Assembly (NCBI GenBank): GCA_017465225.1 | Contig: JAFTWQ010000003.1 | Coordinates: forward strand, 3,104 to 67,103 | Length of the DNA stretch: 64,000 bases | DNA from: Bacteroidales bacterium | GTDB taxonomy: Bacteria > Bacteroidota > Bacteroidia > Bacteroidales > UBA932 | Direction of reading: 5' to 3' | Shown: piece by piece, positions 10,265 through 19,490 of the stretch | How the letters are laid out: every line of letters begins with the position of its first letter | Numbering within the stretch: the stretch's first letter is position 1 | Program-made: the position numbers and the translations under genes | The notes under the pieces: model-generated | Seen by the model: only the letters and a program-made list of their open reading frames with translations | Told to the model about the DNA's origin: nothing | The model's database searches: none

Positions 10265-10801
10265 ATGATACTGAAATATAGAGTTTCATTGCCCGGCATA
10301 AAGGGATTTGCAAGAGTTTACGAGGTAAAGGACAATGCTTCTTTGTACAGCTTTCACAAGCAGATGAGGGCTGATATGGACTTCCCACAGGATCAGGTAG
10401 TGCTTTTCAAGGCATTCGGTCCGGACGGGGCCGTGGCTGCAAGATATAGCGTGTTTACCGATTTCGGCTTCGGTACGATTGATAATGTGACGGCAGGCGA
10501 GTGCCACAAGAGGGGAGAGGACAAGTTCATCTATTTCTATGATACCACAAACGTGAAGAGCGTCATCGTGACCTTCGAGGGTGAGGGCGAGCTTCGCAAC
10601 AACGTGCTGTATCCTCTTCTGGTGGAGCAGAAGGGACCTAATCCTATCGAGTTCGAGAACGGCTACGTCGCTTTCGAGGATCTTCCGGATGACAAGAAGA
10701 AGGATCCGGACGATGACGATTTCGAAGATGACGACGACGATGATGTAGAAGAGGATACCGACGACGAGACAGAGGAGCTCTACGACGAAGACGAGGACTG
10801 A
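10265..10801 (+). CDS. Conserved protein with acidic tail (pRiA4b ORF-3-like)
   Basis: Host-like codon usage, D/E-rich C-terminus, position upstream of miaA; the family call is from recollection only. Confidence 0.65.
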   Translation: MILKYRVSLPGIKGFARVYEVKDNASLYSFHKQMRADMDFPQDQVVLFKAFGPDGAVAARYSVFTDFGFGTIDNVTAGECHKRGEDKFIYFYDTTNVKSVIVTFEGEGELRNNVLYPLLVEQKGPNPIEFENGYVAFEDLPDDKKKDPDDDDFEDDDDDDVEEDTDDETEELYDEDED

Positions 10802-10829
10802 CCTGTCTCCAGGAAGACGAAGTCTGACC

Positions 10830-10863
10830 TGTCATCCTGAGGAGCGAAGCGACGTGAGGATCC
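10830..10863 (+). repeat. REP-like palindrome (long variant), abutting the miaA ATG
   Basis: tgtcatcctgaggagcgaagcgacgtgaggatcc; near-identical flanks to the copy at 49212-49249. Confidence 0.85.
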
Positions 10864-11724
10864 ATGAAGAAACTGCTGATAATACTGGGCCCGACAGCTG
10901 TAGGAAAGACTGACTACAGCATTGAGACCGCGCTCAGATACGGGTCTCCTGTCATCTCGTGCGACTCTCGTCAGATATATAAGGAAATGACCATAGGGAC
11001 GGCTGTCCCGGATGCTTCACAGCTGGCTGCTGTGAAGCATTATTTCATTCATTCCCATACGGTTACGGAGCTTTATACGGCCGGCAAATATGAAATCGAG
11101 GCCCTCGATCTCATAAACAGGCTTTTCGATGAGGGACATGAGACTCTTGTCATGGCCGGAGGGTCAGGCTTCTATGTGGATGCCCTTGTGAACGGACTGG
11201 ATGACTTCCCGTCGGCAGACCTGCAGCTTCGAAGCGAGCTGATGGCACGTCTGCAGACAGAGGGTGTCGAGTCGCTTCGACTGGAGCTGAAGGCACTGGA
11301 TCCGGAGAGCTATGAGACCATTGATATCGCGAACGGACAGAGGGTCGTCCGTGCTCTCGAGGTATGTCTCATGACAGGAAAACCGTTCTCCTCATTCAAG
11401 ACAGCTCCGAAAAAGAAACGTGATTTCGAAATCGAGAAAATCGGCCTTACAAGGCCGCGTGACGTGCTTTATGACCGTATAAACCGCCGTGTCATACAGA
11501 TGGTAGACCAGGGACTGGTCGACGAGGTGCGTTCGCTGACACAATACCGCGACCTTGCGGCCCTGCAGACTGTAGGATACAAGGAGATATTCGATTGGTT
11601 TGACGGCACATTGGAAAGCCTCGACCGTGCGGTCGAGCTCATACAACGCAACACCAGACGCTATGCGAAGCGTCAGATGTCGTATTGGGGCCGTGATAAG
11701 GATATCCGGTGGATTGAACTGTAG
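10864..11724 (+). CDS. miaA: tRNA dimethylallyltransferase
   Basis: GPTAVGKT, DSRQIYK, IGTA, VGYKE, TRRYAKRQ. Confidence 0.97.
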   Translation: MKKLLIILGPTAVGKTDYSIETALRYGSPVISCDSRQIYKEMTIGTAVPDASQLAAVKHYFIHSHTVTELYTAGKYEIEALDLINRLFDEGHETLVMAGGSGFYVDALVNGLDDFPSADLQLRSELMARLQTEGVESLRLELKALDPESYETIDIANGQRVVRALEVCLMTGKPFSSFKTAPKKKRDFEIEKIGLTRPRDVLYDRINRRVIQMVDQGLVDEVRSLTQYRDLAALQTVGYKEIFDWFDGTLESLDRAVELIQRNTRRYAKRQMSYWGRDKDIRWIEL

Positions 11725-11750
11725 ATCCCTCGGCTACGCTCGGGATGACA
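11723..11750 (-). repeat. REP-like palindrome overlapping the miaA stop codon
   Basis: Minus strand reads tgtcatcccgagcgtagccgagggatct. Confidence 0.85.
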
Positions 11751-11762
11751 GCCTGACGGCCG

Positions 11763-13967
11763 TCAATTCGCCACCTCGCAGAGGAACTTGATGCGGACAA
11801 GCCTTACCTCCTGCTCGTCATAGTCCGATCCGAGATCTTCCATGGCGTCAGCAAGCGAGTCTGATTCCGCCTCTTCCTTGAAATAGTCATATATCTCATC
11901 GACGATGTCGTCGTCGAGAGTCTGCTCGATGTAATAGTTGAGGTTCAGCTTCGTGCCCGAGAATACGATGGCCTCGATCTCGTCCAGAAGCTCCTCCATG
12001 TCCATGTTCTTGGCGTCAGCAATGTCCTCCAGAGGAAGCTTCCTGTCGACGCTCTGGATTATGAACACCTTGTTTACGGACTTGTTCACGATGGACTTCA
12101 TGACGAAGTCATCAGGACGCTCTATCTCGTTCTCCTCCACATACTTGGCTATGAGTTCGATGAACTCCTTTCCGAACTTGCGCGCCTTTCCTTCTCCGAC
12201 TCCCTGGCAGTTCTTCAGCTCGTCATATGTCATCGGATACATGATGGACATGTCCTCGAGAGAAGGGTCGCCGAAGATCACCCATGGCTGGAGTCTCTTC
12301 TTCTTCGCCACATCTCTACGGAGGTCCTTCAGCATGGCAAGGAGCTGTGCATCTCCGCCACCGCCGCCTCTTGCTGCGGCTGCAGCTGCTGCAACATCCT
12401 CGTCGTCATCCTCGCCCTCGGCGAACTCCCTGTCTTCCGTGAGCATGAGGGTATAAGGATTCTCGTAGAATTCAAGGCCTTCCTTGGTCACATATATGAG
12501 ACCATATGATTCTATGTCCTTGTGGAGCAGATGGAGGACCATGCCCTGATGGATCACGGCGCTCCAGAAGCGCGCAGAATGGTCTTTGCCCGCTCCGAAA
12601 AGCTCCAGCTTGTCGTGGTTGTACGACTTGATTATCGAATTCATCTCTCCTGCGAGGATGTTCGCAAGATGCTCTATCTTGAAGTGCTCCGGCAATGTCT
12701 GGATCAACTCGATGACCATTGACATCTCCTCGCGTCCGTCGAACTGCTTCTTCGGATGCAGACAGTTGTCGCATGCACCGCAGTTATCCACCTCGTAATT
12801 CTCTCCGAAGTAATTGAGCAGCAGCTTTCTGCGGCATGAGTTTGACTCCGCATAGGCTACGGTCTCCATAAGGAGCTGCTTTCCGATCTCCTGCTCCGCG
12901 ACAGGCTTTCCCTGCATGAACTTCTCAAGCTTCTGGATGTCCTTGTAGCTGTAGAATGTGATGCACTGGCCTTCCTGTCCGTCTCGGCCGGCACGTCCGG
13001 TCTCCTGGTAGTAGCCCTCGATGCTTTTAGGAATGTCGTAATGGATGACGAATCTCACGTCCGGCTTGTCGATGCCCATTCCGAAAGCGATTGTGGCCAC
13101 GATCACGTCGATCTCCTCCATCAGGAACTTGTCCTGGTTGTCCGCGCGTGTCTTGGCGTCCAGACCCGCATGATATGGAGCGGCCTTGATGCCGTTTATA
13201 TTGAGCAGCTCGGCCAGTTCCTCCACCTTCTTCCTGCTGAGGCAGTAGATTATGCCTGACTTGCCCGGGTTCTGCTTTATGTATTTGATGATGTCTCTTT
13301 TCGGGTCGGACTTGTCCCTTATCTCATAATAAAGGTTAGGCCTGTTGAATGACGATTTGAACACAGTCGCGTCGGCCATTCCGAGATTCTTGAGGATGTC
13401 GCTCTGAACCTTCGGCGTTGCGGTGGCGGTCAGGGCTATGATAGGGGCGACACTGATCTCCTCGATGATGTTCCTGATGCGTCTGTATTCAGGGCGGAAG
13501 TCGTGTCCCCATTCCGAGATACAGTGGGCCTCATCGACCGCGTAGAACGAGATCTTGATCTCCTTCAGCATCGCTACATTTTCGGCCTTTGTCAGCGATT
13601 CGGGAGCTACATACAGGAGCTTTGTGGCCCCTGACATGAGGTCACTCCTCACTTCGGCGATCTGCGCCTTGTTGAGCGATGAGTTGAGGAAATGGGCAAT
13701 GCCGTCGTTGCCCGAAACGAATCCGCGGATGGCGTCAACCTGATTCTTCATGAGGGCGATCAGCGGCGATATGACGATCGCTGTGCCCTCCATGACAAGT
13801 GCGGGGAGCTGGTAGCACATGGATTTACCTCCTCCTGTCGGCATAAGCACGAAGGCATTATTGCCGGCAACAAGGTGTCTTATGATACGTTCCTGGTCCG
13901 CCTTGAACGAGTCAAATCCGAAAAACTCCTTCAGCTTGGCGTGCAGCATTGCAGAATCTGTTGACAT
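11763..13967 (-). CDS. recQ: ATP-dependent DNA helicase RecQ
   Basis: MPTGGGKS, DEAHCISEWGHDFRPEY, QETGRAGRDG, zinc Cys cluster and HRDC region. Confidence 0.98.
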   Translation of the reverse strand: MSTDSAMLHAKLKEFFGFDSFKADQERIIRHLVAGNNAFVLMPTGGGKSMCYQLPALVMEGTAIVISPLIALMKNQVDAIRGFVSGNDGIAHFLNSSLNKAQIAEVRSDLMSGATKLLYVAPESLTKAENVAMLKEIKISFYAVDEAHCISEWGHDFRPEYRRIRNIIEEISVAPIIALTATATPKVQSDILKNLGMADATVFKSSFNRPNLYYEIRDKSDPKRDIIKYIKQNPGKSGIIYCLSRKKVEELAELLNINGIKAAPYHAGLDAKTRADNQDKFLMEEIDVIVATIAFGMGIDKPDVRFVIHYDIPKSIEGYYQETGRAGRDGQEGQCITFYSYKDIQKLEKFMQGKPVAEQEIGKQLLMETVAYAESNSCRRKLLLNYFGENYEVDNCGACDNCLHPKKQFDGREEMSMVIELIQTLPEHFKIEHLANILAGEMNSIIKSYNHDKLELFGAGKDHSARFWSAVIHQGMVLHLLHKDIESYGLIYVTKEGLEFYENPYTLMLTEDREFAEGEDDDEDVAAAAAAARGGGGGDAQLLAMLKDLRRDVAKKKRLQPWVIFGDPSLEDMSIMYPMTYDELKNCQGVGEGKARKFGKEFIELIAKYVEENEIERPDDFVMKSIVNKSVNKVFIIQSVDRKLPLEDIADAKNMDMEELLDEIEAIVFSGTKLNLNYYIEQTLDDDIVDEIYDYFKEEAESDSLADAMEDLGSDYDEQEVRLVRIKFLCEVAN

Positions 13968-14121
13968 AAGCCGAAATTTTGGATTATAAAATTAAGCAAT
14001 ATTTTCTGAATCCTCAAAATTTTTTGTCGGGAAGCCGATCTTTAAATGCAGATATTCCGTTTTTAATACAGAATTGAGCGTTATTGACCAATGAAAATGA
14101 CGGGCTTATTCAAAAAATGAT

Positions 14122-14129
14122 TACCTTTG
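14122..14129 (+). promoter_or_regulatory. Bacteroidetes -7 promoter element
   Basis: TACCTTTG upstream of the FKBP gene. Confidence 0.6.
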
Positions 14130-14175
14130 CGGGTTGTATCGGCAATTTATTATTAAACAAATAAAAACAAAAGAA

Positions 14176-14928
14176 ATGAAGACACTTAAATTTTTCGCAA
14201 TCGCAGCATGTGCGGCAGCTCTTGCAGTATCATGCAACTCGACAAAGGGCGATGTAGCAGTAGAGGCTGAGCTTCCTACAGCGGCAGAGGTTGATTCTGT
14301 AAGCTACCTTCTCGGTGTGAACATCGGTTCTTTCTTCAAGGGCAACGGCTTTGCTGATGACCTCAAGGAGATCAACATGGCTGAGTTCAAGAAGGGTATC
14401 GTTGATTTCCTCGCAGCGGAGGGTTCACCATATGATCCTGATTTCGGCGAGCAGTTCGACATCGATCCTAACGAGATGCAGCGCATCCTCAACGGCTTCC
14501 TTACAAAGAAGCAGTCATACAAGGCAGCACAGAACCTTGCAAAGGGTAAGGCATTCCTTGCAAAGAACGCTCTCAAGGAGACTGTAGACACAACAGCTTC
14601 AGGTCTCCAGTACGAGATCGAGAATGCTGGTGCAGACTACAAGGTGGCTCCACAGGATACTGTATGGGTTAACTACAAGGGTACTCTCCTTGACGGAACA
14701 GTATTCGATGAGAACGACTCTACAATGTTCGTTGCAAACCGCGTTATCAAGGGTTGGACAGAGGGTCTCGGTCTTCTCGGTGAGGGCGGAAAGGCTACTC
14801 TCTATATTCCTTCAGACCTCGCATACGGCGAAAGAGGAAACCGTGCCATCGAGCCTAACTCTGTTCTCGTATTCGACGTTGAGGTCCTCAAGGTAGGCAA
14901 GTTCGTGCCAAAGGAAGAGACTAAATAA
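14176..14928 (+). CDS. FKBP-type peptidyl-prolyl isomerase, lipoprotein
   Basis: LAVSC lipobox, YKGTLLDGTVFD, VIKGWTEGL, LAYG; start moved to the ATG at 14176. Confidence 0.94.
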   Translation: MKTLKFFAIAACAAALAVSCNSTKGDVAVEAELPTAAEVDSVSYLLGVNIGSFFKGNGFADDLKEINMAEFKKGIVDFLAAEGSPYDPDFGEQFDIDPNEMQRILNGFLTKKQSYKAAQNLAKGKAFLAKNALKETVDTTASGLQYEIENAGADYKVAPQDTVWVNYKGTLLDGTVFDENDSTMFVANRVIKGWTEGLGLLGEGGKATLYIPSDLAYGERGNRAIEPNSVLVFDVEVLKVGKFVPKEETK

Positions 14929-14930
14929 TA

Positions 14931-15344
14931 ATGGCTTTGGAACTCGAGGGCAGGATCGCCCGCAAATTCAATGTCCAGACCGGAACCTCTGCAAGAGGCG
15001 CATGGTCGAAGCAGGAGTTCATCCTGGAGTATCAGGAAGGCAACTTCCCTACACAGGTCTGCCTCAATGTATGGGGTGATGAAAAGGTCAGAGAGCTGGA
15101 CAAGTACCAGGTCGGCGACAAGGTGAAGGTTGCGTTCAATCTCAGCAGCCGTGAATACAACGGACGCTGGTATACCGATGTGAGGGCATGGAGAATCGAG
15201 CCGGCATCAGCTCCGGCACCGGCCCCTTCGCAGGGTTACAATTACGTTCAGTCAGCCGGATCGTATTCCGCACCTACAGGCGCACCGATGCCATCTGCTG
15301 ACGACATGAGCGCACCGCTCTCGGATGACGATCTTCCGTTTTAA
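14931..15344 (+). CDS. DUF3127 family (SSB-like OB fold)
   Basis: WSKQEF, SREYNGRWYTDVRAWRI, DDLPF acidic tail. Confidence 0.9.
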   Translation: MALELEGRIARKFNVQTGTSARGAWSKQEFILEYQEGNFPTQVCLNVWGDEKVRELDKYQVGDKVKVAFNLSSREYNGRWYTDVRAWRIEPASAPAPAPSQGYNYVQSAGSYSAPTGAPMPSADDMSAPLSDDDLPF

Positions 15345-15375
15345 AGACATATCGTCCTGACGGACATATTACAGC

Positions 15376-15410
15376 AGATCCGCTCACGGAATCCCGTGGG
15401 CGGATCTTGT
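15376..15410 (+). terminator. Intrinsic terminator-like hairpin whose 3' arm is duplicated at 18367-18382
   Basis: agatccgctcacgg / ccgtgggcggatct stem followed by T/A-rich sequence. Confidence 0.7.
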
Positions 15411-15443
15411 ATTATATTAACAATTAACAATAAATGCCGTTTA

Positions 15444-15524
15444 AAAGCACAAAATAGGCCTAATATGTGCTTTGGGAGTGAAAATTAAGTGTAAAAAGAA
15501 TGAAAACGATCGTTTTTGTGCTTT
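15444..15524. repeat. 51-bp-period palindromic mini-array, locus 1 (2 units)
   Basis: 30-bp units at 15444 and 15495 fitting AAAGCAC-AAAA-N8-TTTT-GTGCTTT with some mismatches. Confidence 0.75.
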
Positions 15525-15592
15525 GGGTTTACGAATAATTGATTATATTTACAAAGTCGCACTGTCATAGGTGATGATTAACATATTAAGAT

Positions 15593-15793
15593 GAAAGTGT
15601 TTCGCTTTTATCCCCACAGGAAATCTGGTAAATTTCAAATGGTACGGGTAGAGCATTCAACTTCATCACTTGGTGTGTCATATACTATTCTCAAGTATAT
15701 CACAGCAGGTGTGGGGTGTTGTTTATTTGTACCAAGGTTTTACCAGAGCCTCCTGTGAGATAAACGAACGGCCTCACACTTTCTTTGTCTTTA
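15593..15793 (+). promoter_or_regulatory. Structured 5' leader (terminator/antiterminator-like)
   Basis: 15593-15645 is complementary to 15729-15783. Alternatively 15709-15726 pairs with 15760-15779, followed by a T-rich tract. Confidence 0.55.
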
Positions 15794-15828
15794 CCTTGGT
15801 CTTTGAGGTCGGGACCATATTATGTCTT

Positions 15829-18276
15829 ATGAAAAGAATTATAGTTTTATTGATCTCTTTTTGTACATTGGTGTCCTGCGAGTTCGATGACTCGGTAATA
15901 TGGGATAAACTTGATGATCACGAAGAAAGGATTCAGGGTCTAGAAGTCCTTTGCCGTCAGATGAATACGAATATAGAATCACTCCAGACCATTTTGACTG
16001 CTCTGCAGCAGAATGATTATGTGACGGGAGTTGCTCCTATAGTGGAAGGAAAGAATGTGGTAGGATATACAATAATATTCAGCAAAAACGGAAGTGTTAC
16101 AATATATCATGGCGAAGACGGAAATGATGGTTCTGATGGCCATACTCCAAAGATAGGTGTAAGGCAGGATTCGGACGGTATCTGGTATTGGACCATAGAT
16201 GGTGAGTGGCTTCTGGATGACTACGACAACAAGGTCAGGGCGGTAGGTGCCGATGGTAACGACGGTTCAGATGGCACAGACGGCATCACTCCAGAACTGA
16301 AGATCGAATCCGGCTATTGGTATGTATCTTACGATGGGGGATCTACATGGACAAAACTTGGTAAGGCTGTTGGTGAAGACGGAACTTCAGGTGAGAATGG
16401 AGATTCGTTTTTTAAGGACGTCTTTTTGAATGAAAAGGAGGTTGTCTTTATCCTTGCTGATGGTGCTGAAATAAAAGTACCCATGAGGTCATCTCTGAAT
16501 ATGACTCTTGATACATATGATCTTGTGTGTTCTTATTGTCAGACCTTTAAAGTTGGGTATAGTATTGTCGGACCAGATTTGCCGATCGACCTGGTCGTTT
16601 TTTCTGAAGGTGGATACTTCACTGCTATTGAAGAAGAATGCGCTAATTCGGGAAAGATTGTAATAAAGACTGACATGTCATCTAAAGAAGGCAAAATAAT
16701 CGTCATGGCTTCATGCGATGGGAATACAGTAGTAAAGGCTGTCAGTGTTGTGATAAGTGCATCTGCGTCAGATGATTATATAGATGAATATGGAATTAAT
16801 CATGGTGCTGGAGTCGAGATAGATGGTGTAATCTGGGCTCCGGTAAATTGCGGATATAAGTCTTCTTCGAAAGAATCAAAAGGTTATCCATATGGAAAGT
16901 TGTATCAATGGGGCAGGAAATATGGTCAGGGTTATTCGTTGGAGTTTGATGATGCGGAGTCAGTGGTTATAGAAGGACCGGTATCATTGGAAATTGGACA
17001 GAGTGAGTTCTATTCAAGCTACTATTTTCTTTCGTTATCAAGAAATTGGTTGGATTGTAAAATTCCGGAATTGTGGAATTTGGGAACAGAAGAGAAACCG
17101 GTTAAATCTATTTACGATCCATGTCCTAAGAATTGGAGAGTTCCCACCTCATCCGAAATGGAGTCATTAATTACCCATAAGTCAGAATGGATTGATAATA
17201 ATCAGTCAAATGGTTATTGGTTTTATGGAAGTTCAGATGGCAATGATGGTGTTTTCTTGCCTGCTTCAGGATATATTAGTCAAGGAATTGCTGGGGGACG
17301 TGGCACGGTAGGAGCATATTGGACATCTATGCAAAAGAGTTCTTTAGATTTTCGGTCATCGTTTGTCAGAATGTACGAGTATGCTTTAAGTGAAGCTTAT
17401 TCAATCCGTTGTGTTAGAGAAAGTTCTATGATTGCAGTGCCGATTACCGGACTGTCTTTAAATAAGTCGAATGTTGAATTGGTAGAAGGTCAGACATTTG
17501 AATTGGATGCTATTCTTTCCCCTTCTTCAGCAACTGGCATCGTAAATTGGGTATCAGATAAACCTTCTGTAGCGAGTGTAGAAGATGGTATCATAACCGC
17601 AAACTCACCCGGAAAAGCAATAATATCAGCAACAATAGGGTCATTAAGTGCCCAATGTGAGGTTACCGTAATCGAAAAAATAACCACTGGTACGGAGAAA
17701 GGCTATGAATGGGTAGACTTGGGATTGCCTAGTGGGGTGAAGTGGGCTACATGTAATGTAGGAGCGACATCTCCTTCTGGTTATGGAACTTTTTATTCAT
17801 GGGCTGAGACTTCGCCAAAATTCGATTATTCTATGGGTACTTATTTTATGGCCACAAATTCTCCTTTTGGGGTCACTTATAATCCTTTCCATGTTGGTGA
17901 TATAGCGGGTACAGAATATGATGCAGCAACGCAAAACTGGGGTGGTAAATGGCAGATGCCTTCTAGGGATGATGCGCAGGAACTTATAGACAATTGTAAA
18001 ATGGAGTGGACGGAGAAATCTGGAACTTATGGATATGTATTTATTGGCCCCAATGGGAATTCAATATTTATGGTAGCAGCAGGTTCCAGATCGAGTAGTA
18101 ATGATTCCGGAGCTGGCGAAGGTGAGTATGGAAGTTATTGGACATCAAATTGCTGCGGTGGTAATGTTGGAGATGCAGTATATATTTATTTCCAGAGCAA
18201 TTATACTCCTTATGTGAAAGAGGGTTCAAATTATAGTAAAGGAAAGGGACGCAGTATCAGGGCGATAATCAAGTAA
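15829..18276 (+). CDS. Modular surface lipoprotein (PL29-N/DUF4988-like N-terminus, G-x-D-G repeats, Fibrobacter succinogenes major-domain-like, Big_2 Ig-like, VDLGLPSG domain)
   Basis: Signal MKRIIVLLISFCTLVSC; WYWTIDGEWL; GKLYQWGR...DPCPKNWRVPT...SIRCVRE; WVSDKPSVASV; WVDLGLPSGVKWATCNVGA. Start moved to the ATG at 15829. Confidence 0.85.
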   Translation: MKRIIVLLISFCTLVSCEFDDSVIWDKLDDHEERIQGLEVLCRQMNTNIESLQTILTALQQNDYVTGVAPIVEGKNVVGYTIIFSKNGSVTIYHGEDGNDGSDGHTPKIGVRQDSDGIWYWTIDGEWLLDDYDNKVRAVGADGNDGSDGTDGITPELKIESGYWYVSYDGGSTWTKLGKAVGEDGTSGENGDSFFKDVFLNEKEVVFILADGAEIKVPMRSSLNMTLDTYDLVCSYCQTFKVGYSIVGPDLPIDLVVFSEGGYFTAIEEECANSGKIVIKTDMSSKEGKIIVMASCDGNTVVKAVSVVISASASDDYIDEYGINHGAGVEIDGVIWAPVNCGYKSSSKESKGYPYGKLYQWGRKYGQGYSLEFDDAESVVIEGPVSLEIGQSEFYSSYYFLSLSRNWLDCKIPELWNLGTEEKPVKSIYDPCPKNWRVPTSSEMESLITHKSEWIDNNQSNGYWFYGSSDGNDGVFLPASGYISQGIAGGRGTVGAYWTSMQKSSLDFRSSFVRMYEYALSEAYSIRCVRESSMIAVPITGLSLNKSNVELVEGQTFELDAILSPSSATGIVNWVSDKPSVASVEDGIITANSPGKAIISATIGSLSAQCEVTVIEKITTGTEKGYEWVDLGLPSGVKWATCNVGATSPSGYGTFYSWAETSPKFDYSMGTYFMATNSPFGVTYNPFHVGDIAGTEYDAATQNWGGKWQMPSRDDAQELIDNCKMEWTEKSGTYGYVFIGPNGNSIFMVAAGSRSSSNDSGAGEGEYGSYWTSNCCGGNVGDAVYIYFQSNYTPYVKEGSNYSKGKGRSIRAIIK

Positions 18277-18529
18277 GAGACTTATTAGAAACAATTATAG
18301 GAAAGTAATAGGAGAAGACAATTTAAAGCCCATAACACCCTGCTATGCCCCTGATAATTGTGAGGTCGTGGGCGGATCTTGTTATTGTTCCTGGCTTGCT
18401 GAAATTCCTGCAGGCGAAGAACGTTAGGATTTTGTAATAGGTTGATTTATAAGTGTTTGTGTGAAAATGCTGTTCTTGGCCTGCAAAAAATCAAGCAAGG
18501 TAAGAACGCTGGTATATCGGGAGCAAGGT

Positions 18530-19363
18530 CTATATCGGCATCTGGACAAGCTTGCGGGCCTCGTAGTGGGCGGTCCAGCGGAAGCCGAGGGATCTGAGGA
18601 GGGCGGCGAAATGATGGAAACTGTGGCCGACGCGTGAAGGCTCATGCGAATCGGAGCCGAGGCTTATGATCTCTCCTCCCATCTCGCGGTATCTGAGGAG
18701 TACATCGTTGTCGAGTCCGACGAGGCGGCCACGGTAGCCCTGGTAGCTCTTCGTGTTGATCTCGAGCGCCTTGCCTTCATGGATGAGGTAGCGGAACATC
18801 TCGTCGAAGATGTCGCTGAAGTCGCGGTAGCGGATGGATGTGACAGGGTAGGATGCGTAGCGCACGATGTAATCGTAATGTCCCATGATGTCGAAGTCCT
18901 TGAGCCATGTCATCTCGCGGTATATGGTCTCGAGATAGCTTCCGTATGCCTTCTTCCAGTCCTTGCCTTCGTAGAACCCTCCGTAATACGGGTCGGTCTG
19001 CTCGATGTAATGGACGGATGCGATGATCTGGTCGAATGTGTTTTCGGAAAGGACCTTGCGGATGGGCTCATGGCATTCCTCGTACATTCCGATCTCTATT
19101 CCCTTGAGTATCTTTGTCTTGTCTCCTATCAGCCCCTGGACGCGTGATATCTCAGCCTGCTGCTCGGCGACGTCGAAATATTCCTTCTGAAGGTCTTCGA
19201 AGCCGGCCTTCATAGGGGGGACATAGAAGTCGCAATGGTCGGAAAAGCATATTCCTCCCAGCCCGGCTTCGACGGCGGCCATGGCGCTGGACTCGACGGT
19301 TGTCCTTTTCCCGTCGAATGAAAACTGGCTGTGATTGTGATTGTCGAACAAAACCATTGTCAT
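18530..19363 (-). CDS. PHP-family histidinol-phosphatase (HisJ/HisK-like)
   Basis: DNHNHSQFSFDG, SDHCD, GIEIG, ASVH, GHYDY, LEINT, GSDSH. Confidence 0.88.
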   Translation of the reverse strand: MTMVLFDNHNHSQFSFDGKRTTVESSAMAAVEAGLGGICFSDHCDFYVPPMKAGFEDLQKEYFDVAEQQAEISRVQGLIGDKTKILKGIEIGMYEECHEPIRKVLSENTFDQIIASVHYIEQTDPYYGGFYEGKDWKKAYGSYLETIYREMTWLKDFDIMGHYDYIVRYASYPVTSIRYRDFSDIFDEMFRYLIHEGKALEINTKSYQGYRGRLVGLDNDVLLRYREMGGEIISLGSDSHEPSRVGHSFHHFAALLRSLGFRWTAHYEARKLVQMPI

Positions 19364-19490
19364 TAACCTCAAAAACGGCGGCAAAAATACTAAAAAATTC
19401 CTATTTTTGCATTTTATATGCAGCAGTGTGCCCGGACCTGGCTTCCGGCTCATCTCAGCAGAATGTCAAATGTAATATAACAGCTTGATT

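Larger units (their letters stand above)
15395..18382. mobile_element. AT-rich single-gene cassette bounded by a 16-bp direct repeat
   Basis: cgtgggcggatcttgt at 15395-15410 and 18367-18382; visibly lower GC than the flanks; no recombinase gene inside. Confidence 0.6.

Noticed and set aside
15670-15828. N-terminal extension of the 868-aa ORF
   Set aside because: The signal peptide and lipobox start at the ATG at 15829; the upstream part is the structured leader.
18424-18530. AT-rich stretch gtaataggttgatttataagtgttt, reminiscent of integrative-element end motifs
   Set aside because: Single occurrence with no partner site or recombinase; cannot be supported from sequence alone.
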